A stretch of DNA of 63,254 nucleotides, taken from Pseudomonadota bacterium. Lineage in GTDB: Bacteria > Pseudomonadota > Alphaproteobacteria > Rickettsiales > RGZB01. Under the pieces are notes generated by a model. The model saw only the letters and a program-made list of their open reading frames with translations, was not told where the DNA came from and made no database searches. Each line of letters opens with the position of its first letter. Position 1 is the first letter of the stretch. The stretch is from assembly GCA_010031735.1 (NCBI GenBank), contig RGZB01000005.1:1-63254 (forward strand). Reading direction: 5' to 3'. This document shows positions 18,753 to 27,137 of this stretch, in pieces. The position numbers were made by a program, and so were the translations under genes.

Positions 18753-19982
18753 TTAATGCGCGGTGGTACTACCGCTTGCGTTGCCACCGCTGATCTTGGA
18801 GTGCTGGTGGATCATGCTGATGAAGTAGGAGAGGTTTTCCACTTCCTGCTTTTCGTTTTCGGATAAGGTGAGCAAGCGCTGGATCATCTCTTTCGCCGGT
18901 TGGCGACGGTTCGGGTGTTCATGATCCATCTCGATCAACACACGCACGACGAGTTTCACGGCATCAAAGATGTCTTTCGGTAGTTCCGCACGCTCATAGA
19001 GTTTGCGGAAACCATCGCCCATCACGTCTGCCACCAGTTTCTTGACGTTGGCGACGGGCACATGGGTCACACGCGCGATACTGATCTCAAAGAGCGGCAG
19101 ATGCCCCATGCAGAGTGCAGAAATCGGTGAAAGCCTTCCTTGTTCTTCAAGTTTTTCGATGAGCATCGTGAGGCGTTCGCTCCGCATCACGAGATCCTGT
19201 GCGAGGTCGCTTGAGCGGTCCATCTCATCCACGATCTTGCGGATATCGCCCTCGGAACTAAGGCCTAAGAATTGCAGGGTAACGGCTTCGCGGCTTTTCT
19301 CGATGATGGATTTCAGTTCCGGGCTTTTATTGCCATATTTCTCGAGCAGGCGGTCTTGCAGAATATCCGATACGCGGGAGACGAGTTTCTCCACCAGTTT
19401 CACCGGGAGGTTTTCACGCGCCGCCAGACGTTCGGTGACGTCTTTGCTGGTCGTGAAGATATCGGCGGTTTTGGAAAGCGTCATCTCGCTGAATTTCACT
19501 TCAACGCGCGATAACATGTTCGAGACGACAGTCGCGTTTTTCGTATCGACCAACGCATCGGAGAGTTTTTCGGACACTTCGGAGCGATTAGAGATCGCCA
19601 GCAGGCGATCGGTGCTCTCGGTGCTTTTGATGATCTCGATCAGGTCGTCATCCATGAGCACTTCGGAATATTGCAATACCGGGATCGCGACCGCATCGGC
19701 ATCATGTGCCAGTTCAAGTACGATATCGCGCGGGATGTTCGGATTGTTCTTCACGTTTTCGGAAAGCGCGTGGCGTACGCTGATCTCGGCGTCTTTCAGG
19801 AGTGCGCGGAAAATCTGTTCCGCCATCTTCATCTGTTGTGCAGTGAATTCATTGCTGTTATAGCTCGAGGATATCTTGCCTAGCACCTCTACACGTACCG
19901 CAGGTGAAGGATTCTCAAGCAGATGTGCGACGTCCGTGGAGGAAAGCATAGGATGTTTGTTCTTTTCGCTAGCAGGAGCCAT
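18753..19982 (-). CDS. DUF2336 domain protein
   Basis: IFRALLKDAEISVRHALS, PRDIVLELAHD, PVLQYSEVLMDDDLIEI. Confidence 0.88.
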   Translation of the reverse strand: MAPASEKNKHPMLSSTDVAHLLENPSPAVRVEVLGKISSSYNSNEFTAQQMKMAEQIFRALLKDAEISVRHALSENVKNNPNIPRDIVLELAHDADAVAIPVLQYSEVLMDDDLIEIIKSTESTDRLLAISNRSEVSEKLSDALVDTKNATVVSNMLSRVEVKFSEMTLSKTADIFTTSKDVTERLAARENLPVKLVEKLVSRVSDILQDRLLEKYGNKSPELKSIIEKSREAVTLQFLGLSSEGDIRKIVDEMDRSSDLAQDLVMRSERLTMLIEKLEEQGRLSPISALCMGHLPLFEISIARVTHVPVANVKKLVADVMGDGFRKLYERAELPKDIFDAVKLVVRVLIEMDHEHPNRRQPAKEMIQRLLTLSENEKQEVENLSYFISMIHQHSKISGGNASGSTTAH

Positions 19983-20036
19983 AATGGAGCCATTCTAATG
20001 GTTGGAAGGTGCTTTTTGCAACCTTCTTTCAGGCTT

Positions 20037-21140
20037 TTATCGTGCGGAGAGTTGCTGAGCTTGCAGCAATTGGACGATATACGGCATGTTCGGGATGGTT
20101 TTATGATACCCGCGTTGCATCAGGCGGTCCACCACACGGCGTGCAAACGCCGGTGAGCCGGCAAACGCCTCTTCTTCGAGCGCCGAATTTAACAGCACTT
20201 CTGTTGCCTTCATCATATTTTCCGGCAGATGGCAGGCGCGGTATAGTGAATCGAAACCTTGCGCACTACCCTGACGCAGCAATTTGCGTGCATTCGAGGT
20301 CGGGATGCGGGCCAGTTCCGCCATCGCGCTTTCAAATAGCGGGAAATTCCCTTCGCAGAGTGCTCGGATCACGAGCGAATGGGTCAGCTGCTCGGTTTTG
20401 CCGAGATGTTCGGTCATCTCATGATGATCACGAGAAGCCCCATTCTTGCTGATCAATTCCACCGTTGCGCGTTCGCGCACATCATCGGCCAAGCGTTCTG
20501 CCGCCGGTGCCGACACACCATATTTGGTGGTGAGTTTGCGTTGCAGATTGAGTGTGAGCGATGTGATGAAACGCTGTGCGACCGTCAGCGACAGGCCACC
20601 CCGTTCGATCAATGCATCGAGCACGGTCTCGTTGCGGTTATATAGGTCGAACGCGCGTGTGATGCTGTGTTCGCTGATATCCGCCGTATTGTTGCTGAAG
20701 AGTGCGGTCGCAGCAGCCGTGTTCCCCGCTTCGACCAGTGAACCGGAGACGGCACTCGATAAGAATTTGCGTCGCGCGACTGCGATCAGTTTTTTGGTCT
20801 CACGCGTGCTGTGGATGATTTCTTGTAAGTCGTCATCGGTGAGCACGGGCGAGAATTCGAGCATCGGGGTAGAGACTTGTTCGACATCGCGCGCGAGTTT
20901 GAGCGCGATATCGCGCGGCAGGTCGCGGTTTTCTTTTAAGTGATTGGAGAGGATCGCGCGGATGCGCATCTCGACATCGTTCGCCAGCAGCAGAATAATT
21001 TCTTTTGCGATATGGCATTCGGATTCGGAGAATTTGCGATCATTGAAAGCGACAGCGATCTGCTCCGCCAGCACGGAACGTATCTCCGGTGTTGGCTGTT
21101 CTTTCAGAACAGCGAAATCGCTCAGTTTTAGCGCCTTCAT
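20037..21140 (-). CDS. DUF2336 domain protein (paralog)
   Basis: LLANDVEMRIRAILS, PRDIALKLARD, PMLEFSPVLTDDDLQEI. Confidence 0.88.
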   Translation of the reverse strand: MKALKLSDFAVLKEQPTPEIRSVLAEQIAVAFNDRKFSESECHIAKEIILLLANDVEMRIRAILSNHLKENRDLPRDIALKLARDVEQVSTPMLEFSPVLTDDDLQEIIHSTRETKKLIAVARRKFLSSAVSGSLVEAGNTAAATALFSNNTADISEHSITRAFDLYNRNETVLDALIERGGLSLTVAQRFITSLTLNLQRKLTTKYGVSAPAAERLADDVRERATVELISKNGASRDHHEMTEHLGKTEQLTHSLVIRALCEGNFPLFESAMAELARIPTSNARKLLRQGSAQGFDSLYRACHLPENMMKATEVLLNSALEEEAFAGSPAFARRVVDRLMQRGYHKTIPNMPYIVQLLQAQQLSAR

Positions 21141-21246
21141 ACTCGATGCTCCCTTTTCCTCGCATCATTGCGCTGCGTAGTCGATCCCAAGGGCGTTCCT
21201 CCTCACCCTTTGAATCTGCAGCAAGCCTAGTTATAAGGCTCAAACC

Positions 21247-21261
21247 TTAACAAGTCGTTAA
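21247..21261 (-). promoter_or_regulatory. CtrA-type box of DUF2336 operon promoter
   Basis: TTAA caagtcg TTAA; on the minus strand 11 nt later TATAAC (21235-21230). Confidence 0.75.
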
Positions 21262-21351
21262 CCTGCCATAGGCCCAACCCCTCGATCATAAATGCCACTA
21301 GGGATGTTGTAAACATGCAACAGCTGTGAATTACGCAATTTAAACAGAATG

Positions 21352-21366
21352 TTAATAAAAAATTAA
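21352..21366. promoter_or_regulatory. second CtrA-type box upstream of DUF2336 operon
   Basis: TTAA taaaaaa TTAA in an AT-rich tract. Confidence 0.5.
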
Positions 21367-21377
21367 TCAATAGTATG

Positions 21378-21424
21378 AAAAAAGAAACACCCCTGGTGCA
21401 GTATTTCTGCATCAGGGGTGTTTC
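21378..21424 (-). terminator. intrinsic terminator after ridA-like gene
   Basis: GAAACACCCCTGGTGCAG-tattt-CTGCATCAGGGGTGTTTC hairpin with T-run on minus strand. Confidence 0.8.
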
Positions 21425-21450
21425 AGTAAGTCTCTATTAGTAGAATGTTT

Positions 21451-21951
21451 TTACGCGATTTCGAAGATAGCGGCGACTTCTACGGCCGCATCGAGCGGCA
21501 GGGTGGCAACGCCATAAGCCACGCGCGCATGTTTACCGATCTCCTCGCCGAACAGGTCGATGAAGAGTTTCGAGGCACCGTTTGCGACCAGCTGCGGGCT
21601 TGTGAATTCCGGGGTCACCGCTACGAGCACTTCCAGTTTGAGTACTTTTTTCACGCGGGAAAGATTGCCATTCACGGCACTGTTCAAGCAGGAAAGCACG
21701 TTGATCGCGCAGACCTTCGCGGCCTCCTGTCCTTGCTCCTGCGAGACGTTCTTGCCGAGTTTTCCTGTATGCGAAAGCGCGCCGTCTTTAAATGGCAGTT
21801 GTCCGGAAACGATCACCTGATTACCACTCACCGTATACGGAACATAGAGTGCACCCGGCGGTGCTTTTGCTTCCGGCAGCGTCAGGTTCATGGATTTAAG
21901 GCGTTGGTTGATCTCGTCACTTGATAAGCGCACGGCAGCGGATGATGACAT
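21451..21951 (-). CDS. RidA/YjgF family protein
   Basis: YVPY, VSGQLP, VANGASKL, GKHARVAYGVATLPLDAAVEV. Confidence 0.9.
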   Translation of the reverse strand: MSSSAAVRLSSDEINQRLKSMNLTLPEAKAPPGALYVPYTVSGNQVIVSGQLPFKDGALSHTGKLGKNVSQEQGQEAAKVCAINVLSCLNSAVNGNLSRVKKVLKLEVLVAVTPEFTSPQLVANGASKLFIDLFGEEIGKHARVAYGVATLPLDAAVEVAAIFEIA

Positions 21952-22069
21952 ATATATTCTCCTGTTAAAGTAGGTTCGGGCGGATGTTTCTGTTTAACGG
22001 GGGGCGTCCGAAAAAGCAACCGGTTCAGCATTGGAATTTAGGTAAAAAAGCCACAGATATCTATGTAAA

Positions 22070-22145
22070 TTAACGAATTTTTAAGCTTTTGGTCACGAAA
22101 GGTTCACCTCATTGTAACAAAACTTTAACATTCGGTTGTTAGTTT
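22070..22145 (+). promoter_or_regulatory. CtrA-type promoter of virB2 cluster
   Basis: Perfect TTAA cgaattt TTAA (22070-22084); near-perfect GTAA caaaact TTAA (22114-22128) + 11 nt + TAGTTT. Confidence 0.7.
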
Positions 22146-22214
22146 GGGGATGTTTACGGAGGCGAACCGTATAGTAGATTCCTACTGTGCGGCCGCAGGA
22201 AAAGGAAAGAACAC

Positions 22215-22547
22215 ATGAAGACAGACATTTGTATCTATCGTTCTACAGTTAGTGCACTGCTTGTTGCAGTGGTCATTCTTTTTCCGGAAGGTGCAGTGTG
22301 GGCGCAGACCGCTGGCGGTACGCTCGATGCTGAACTGGGCGGCGGTCTGTGTAAGATTGTGAAGGCTCTGACCGGTCAGACGGGTCGTGCGATTGCCAGT
22401 ATCGGGATTTGTATCCTGGGTATCGGTGCATTCTTCGGCAAGGTCAACTGGGGTTTAGCGATGACGGTCTCAGTGGGCGTCATGGCGATGTTCTCATCCA
22501 TGAAAATTGCCAACATCTTTGCCGGAGGTACGGCGGTTACGTGTTAG
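22215..22547 (+). CDS. virB2: VirB2/TrbC-family pilin 1
   Basis: Signal peptide ending VWA-Q; LCKIVKALTGQTGRAIA; LGIGAFFGKVNW; terminal Cys. Confidence 0.9.
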   Translation: MKTDICIYRSTVSALLVAVVILFPEGAVWAQTAGGTLDAELGGGLCKIVKALTGQTGRAIASIGICILGIGAFFGKVNWGLAMTVSVGVMAMFSSMKIANIFAGGTAVTC

Positions 22548-22666
22548 TGAGAATGGCGAATTTTTCGCTGGCGGAGGCAGATATCTGCTAAACCGACAGC
22601 GGCGAATAAAGTGCGTAGTGTGTGTGGTTTAATATAAGTTGCTTAACGTTTAACAAGGAGAAAAAA

Positions 22667-23005
22667 ATGAAAGTAGTATTCAATCAGAACCTCATTTACC
22701 GTTTGGTGGTGAGTTTAGTGTTATCGGCACTTGTGCTGATGCCAGAGATGGCCTTCGCGCAAACAGCGGGTACGGGTGACCTTGATACGGTGACTGGTGC
22801 AAAAATGTGCTTAATCGTAAAAGCCCTGACCGGTCAGACCGGCCGTGCAATCGCAACCGTGGGTATCATCATCCTCGGTATCGGTGCATTCTTCGGTAAG
22901 GTCAACTGGGGTCTTGCAATTCTCGTCGCAGTCGGCGTGATCGCGATCTTCGCAGCAGCGAGCATCGTAGGCGCTATGGGTGCTGGCGGCAGCACGTGCA
23001 CATAA
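22667..23005 (+). CDS. virB2: VirB2/TrbC-family pilin 2
   Basis: AAGGAG RBS; AFA-Q cleavage site; near-identical core to pilin 1; C-terminal CT. Confidence 0.9.
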   Translation: MKVVFNQNLIYRLVVSLVLSALVLMPEMAFAQTAGTGDLDTVTGAKMCLIVKALTGQTGRAIATVGIIILGIGAFFGKVNWGLAILVAVGVIAIFAAASIVGAMGAGGSTCT

Positions 23006-23030
23006 GAGTGCGCGTAAGTTAAAATGCAAC

Positions 23031-23064
23031 ATCAAGGCCACCTTCGGGTGGCCTTGATTGTTTC
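23031..23064 (+). terminator. hairpin with cUUCGg loop after the pilins (terminator/attenuator)
   Basis: ATCAAGGCCACC-ttcg-GGTGGCCTTGAT then tgtttc. Confidence 0.75.
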
Positions 23065-23114
23065 TAGCCTATTTTTATAGCGACGAACCCCCCACAATTT
23101 CTTATAATAACCGC

Positions 23115-25646
23115 ATGGCAAAAAAGAACCGAACGAACGAACAGCGGCAGCAGGTAAGCGAGAGCGAGTTCATCCCGCTGGCCTGCCACTTCGATCCCAA
23201 TACGCTCCTCACCAAGAATGGCGAGTTACTACAAACCATCAAGATCACCGGCTTCACCTACGAGAGCGTCTTTAACAACGACGGCAAGAAAACCACGCTC
23301 CGCCGTATGATACGTACGGCGATCGCCGAGAGTTTTACCTCGAACAATTATGCGCTCTGGATACACACCGTACGCCGCAAGAAAAACCTCAATGTCGGTG
23401 GGCAATATCGCCCTGGCAGTTTTGAGGAGTATGTCCACCAATCCTGGGTGAAGCGTAACGATTGGGAAAATAAATACGTCAACGAGCTCTATATCACCGT
23501 GGTACGTGAAGGGGAATCGTTCAAGCTGCACCCGGAGGAATATCCCCGCAGCTTCTTCTGGGGTGCGGAGCGCAAGAAGCGCATGAAGTTCATTGAGGAG
23601 GCCTTTGCAGAGATCAATGCGGTCGGGGATCGGATGCTGACGCGTCTACAGGAATTCGGTGCACGGCGCTTGACGATCAGCGAATACCAGGGGGTGAGTT
23701 ATTCCGAACCGATGCAATTCTTCGGGAAGATCATCAATCTGGTGGAAGAAGGGATGCCAGCACCCATCAGCGATATTTCCGAAGTGATCTGCACGCGTAA
23801 AATCGCGTTTGGCCATAACCTGCTTGAAGTGAAAGGTGAGAAAGACCGGTATTTCGGTGCGATGCTGACCGTGAAAGAATACCATGAGGTCAGTTCGACC
23901 GCGATCGACCGCTTCCTGCAGCTCGACCAGGAATTCATCATCACGGAAACATTCGATTTCATCAGTAACGACCGCGCGCTCGAAAGTTATGAGAAACAAA
24001 AAGAAATAATCGCCCTTTCCAACGACAAGCGTTTTGCCAAACTTTCCGGCATGGAAGATGTGATCGGTTCCCTTCGCGGCAAACCGATCGATTTCGGTGA
24101 ACACCAGATCAGTATCATGCTTTTCGATAAATCGATTGCAGGTTTAGAGGCGGAGATTCGTGGTATCTTCAAGGCATTCGGCGAGATCGGTATCGTGGCG
24201 GTGCGTGAAGACCTGATGATGGAAGATGCCTTCTGGGCACAACTTCCGGGTAACTTCCCGTTCCTGCGGCGTCTGTCGCCCATCAGTTCGAACCAGGTGG
24301 CGGGCTTCGCCTCGCTCTACAATTTCCCGGCGGGCAAGATCCAGGGTAATTACTGGGGTGCGGCGGTGGCGCTTCTTTATACCAAGGCCAAAACCCCGTA
24401 TTTCTTCAATTTCCACGACGGGGATAACGGCCATACCAGTATCATCGGACCCTTCGGTGCGGGGAAAACGGTGCTGCTCAATTTCCTGACCTCCGAGGCG
24501 CGGAAATTCAACAATCGTCTGTTCTTCTTTGATCAGCAGCGTGCCTCCGAACTTTTCCTGCGTGCGATCGGTGGTGATTATAAGCGTATCATGAAACAAC
24601 CGCAGAACCATGAACTCAAGATGAATCCGCTGCGGCTTCCGGACACGCCGCAAAACCGTAGCTTCCTGCGTGCCTTGCTGCTGTACATGGCGATGGACGA
24701 TAGCATGCATGTTTCACCCGAAGACTCTACACGTATCCATCAAGCGGTGGACCATATTTACCTGCTCGCGGAAAACGATCGCCGCCTGGCGAACGTGTTA
24801 CCAAAATTTTGGCCGGTTACGGGTGCAGGTCAATCAACACAAGCACCTTCTGCGTTCGAGAACGAACTCGCTTCTATCCAAGCGGGTGCGCGGGCGGTGC
24901 AATTACCGGATGGGTCCATCCAGCAACCGGCGTTACAAGAACTGACCACACCCGAACGTTTGGCGCAATGGTATGGAAACGGTAAATATGCCCACCTGTT
25001 CGACAACCCGACCGACGAAATGCGCTTCGATGGGTTGGTCTACGGTTTCGGCATGACGGAGATGGTGCAGGAAAAACGCCCCCTGATTCCGGTGCTATCG
25101 TACCTGCTCCACCGCATCAAGAATGCACTCGACGGCACCCCGACCATGCTGGTGCTGGACGAGGCGTGGTCATTGATTGACAATCCCGTATTCGCCCCCC
25201 ACGTAACCCACTGGCTCGATGATATGCGCAAGCATAACTGCATGGTGGTTCTGGCTACCGAATCCGTGGAAGACGCGAAAAATAGCAGTATTACCAAGGT
25301 GATGATGGATAAAATGGCCACCCGCATCTTCCTGCCGAACCCGCAGGCGACCCAGGCATATAATGATGTCTTCGGTCTGTCGGATGAGGAGTTTGTGGCC
25401 CTCAAATCCATGCGGTCGGACCGTCGGGAATTCTTGCTTAAACACCACCTGGACCATGTCATCGGAACCTTGGATTTGAGCGGAATGCATGATATAATAG
25501 CAGTACTTTCCGGTTCGAAAGAAAACGTATCCGTGATGTCTACCATTATGTTGGATGTGGGTACGGAGCCGGATCGTTGGTTACCGATATTCCGTGAACG
25601 GGTGATCGCGGAAGAGAACCGTAAAAACAAGGGACACGCGGCGTGA
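23115..25646 (+). CDS. virB4: VirB4-family T4SS ATPase (resembles Rickettsiales VirB4-II)
   Basis: FIPLACHFDPNTLLTKNGELLQ, FWAQLPGNF, YFFNFH, Walker A GPFGAGKT, Walker B LVLDEAW, IFLPNP. Confidence 0.92.
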   Translation: MAKKNRTNEQRQQVSESEFIPLACHFDPNTLLTKNGELLQTIKITGFTYESVFNNDGKKTTLRRMIRTAIAESFTSNNYALWIHTVRRKKNLNVGGQYRPGSFEEYVHQSWVKRNDWENKYVNELYITVVREGESFKLHPEEYPRSFFWGAERKKRMKFIEEAFAEINAVGDRMLTRLQEFGARRLTISEYQGVSYSEPMQFFGKIINLVEEGMPAPISDISEVICTRKIAFGHNLLEVKGEKDRYFGAMLTVKEYHEVSSTAIDRFLQLDQEFIITETFDFISNDRALESYEKQKEIIALSNDKRFAKLSGMEDVIGSLRGKPIDFGEHQISIMLFDKSIAGLEAEIRGIFKAFGEIGIVAVREDLMMEDAFWAQLPGNFPFLRRLSPISSNQVAGFASLYNFPAGKIQGNYWGAAVALLYTKAKTPYFFNFHDGDNGHTSIIGPFGAGKTVLLNFLTSEARKFNNRLFFFDQQRASELFLRAIGGDYKRIMKQPQNHELKMNPLRLPDTPQNRSFLRALLLYMAMDDSMHVSPEDSTRIHQAVDHIYLLAENDRRLANVLPKFWPVTGAGQSTQAPSAFENELASIQAGARAVQLPDGSIQQPALQELTTPERLAQWYGNGKYAHLFDNPTDEMRFDGLVYGFGMTEMVQEKRPLIPVLSYLLHRIKNALDGTPTMLVLDEAWSLIDNPVFAPHVTHWLDDMRKHNCMVVLATESVEDAKNSSITKVMMDKMATRIFLPNPQATQAYNDVFGLSDEEFVALKSMRSDRREFLLKHHLDHVIGTLDLSGMHDIIAVLSGSKENVSVMSTIMLDVGTEPDRWLPIFRERVIAEENRKNKGHAA

Positions 25647-27085
25647 GAGTTGGCACTTCGACGCAGGGTCCAAACCAAGAGCACGGTATGATGCGCCCGC
25701 GTGTTGCTGTCACCTTATTCCCACTGATAGTGCTGGTATTTTCATTGCTGTTCACGGCGATGCCGGAATCGGCGTCGGCCACTACCACCTATACTTATAC
25801 CTGTGATGGGTTTGCCCTCCAGGACAACCACGCGGAAAGTCTCAACAACTGCGCCAGTATCATCAATAACTCCAACGGCTGGGGTATTTTTGCAGGTTCC
25901 GTCTGTGTGATACGCGCCGCGATGGCGGACTCCATGTTCCGCATGTATTGCGACCTCATGACGAAGATCAAGCCGTATTTTATTATCGGACTCACGATCT
26001 ATATCATTTTCTACGCCATCGCCTTCATGTTCGATATCGGCGAGGATTCCGGTAAAAAGCCAGGGCCTACGTTTATCATACGGGTGACGAAAGTGCTTGC
26101 TATCATGGCCATCGCGTTCAAGCCGGAAGTGTTCTATTTCATGCTTTACCGCCTTATCATCTACGGGGTGCTCGATGGGGTTTCCGACCTGCTCATCAGT
26201 ACCAGTTCGTGGCTCAGTTCTTCCGCCGCAACGTCGGGGATGACAGGTTCGATGGTGATCTTCAACAACCTCGATGTGGTATGGGAAACAGTGGTGGGTA
26301 CCGGCTTCGTGATCGCCATGTCTGCCCTGGCGGTGGCACTGATCATCACGGGTATCGGTTCTTTCATCGGATTCATCATTTTCTCTGCCATCATCGCGAC
26401 GATCATGGCGTTCTTACGTGCAGTGGTGGGATACGTCACCGCACTCGTGGCACTCACCTTCCTCCTGATGTTCACGCCACTCTTCATGACCTTGCTCCTA
26501 TTCCGCCGTACCAAAGAATTGTTCGAAGGTTGGGTATCGAGCTTGGTTTCCTACACCCTGCAGCCGATCATCGTGTTGTTCTTCCTGTTCCTGGTGGGTG
26601 AAGTCCAGGACGTGAGCCGTGCGATGAAGGACGTCGCCGATAGTTTCCAAGCGGACAGTAACGGTACCTATGAGAAGAAAACCCTTTTCGTGAGTGCGAA
26701 GATGAATGCACCGAAGATCATCCCGCTCACCGGTGCGGATACGGAACCGAGCGTGGGTTCGTTCCTTGCCGGTATCGTGAACATGCTGTTTTACGGTATC
26801 GCGTTCCTGGTGCTCGATCTGGTACTTTCCTCGTTCCTGAAGATGATACCGCAGATATCGGTCACGCTCGCACAGTTCGGTGGTAGGCCGGGTGCATTGT
26901 TTGTTGTTGGTGGTGGTGGCGGCGGCGGCGGGCCGGATAAAAGCATGGGCAGCCTCATGGATATCGGTAAAGCGGCTGCAGGTTCTGGTGAGAAAAATAC
27001 GGCTGCCAGTGTGCTACGACAAAAACTCTCCGATGGTCGCAGGGGTATAAGTTCGGAAGAGCGCAAAAAAATGGAAGATAAGTAG
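25643..27085 (+). CDS. virB6: VirB6/TrbL-family T4SS membrane protein
   Basis: Polytopic core with PLFMTLLLFRRTKELFEGW...LQP; GTG overlaps virB4 stop (alternative ATG 25688). Confidence 0.82.
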   Translation: MRVGTSTQGPNQEHGMMRPRVAVTLFPLIVLVFSLLFTAMPESASATTTYTYTCDGFALQDNHAESLNNCASIINNSNGWGIFAGSVCVIRAAMADSMFRMYCDLMTKIKPYFIIGLTIYIIFYAIAFMFDIGEDSGKKPGPTFIIRVTKVLAIMAIAFKPEVFYFMLYRLIIYGVLDGVSDLLISTSSWLSSSAATSGMTGSMVIFNNLDVVWETVVGTGFVIAMSALAVALIITGIGSFIGFIIFSAIIATIMAFLRAVVGYVTALVALTFLLMFTPLFMTLLLFRRTKELFEGWVSSLVSYTLQPIIVLFFLFLVGEVQDVSRAMKDVADSFQADSNGTYEKKTLFVSAKMNAPKIIPLTGADTEPSVGSFLAGIVNMLFYGIAFLVLDLVLSSFLKMIPQISVTLAQFGGRPGALFVVGGGGGGGGPDKSMGSLMDIGKAAAGSGEKNTAASVLRQKLSDGRRGISSEERKKMEDK

Positions 27086-27137
27086 GGCTAATAAGAGCCT
27101 ATACGCTACCAATCCTTTTTGTGTATGCTGACCTGCT

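Noticed and set aside
26909-26932. GGT/GGC run in virB6 as a phase-variable repeat
   Set aside because: In-frame mixed-codon poly-Gly linker
22215-27085. Conjugative element or ICE
   Set aside because: No relaxase, coupling protein, integrase or att repeats; composition resembles the host and flanks are housekeeping genes
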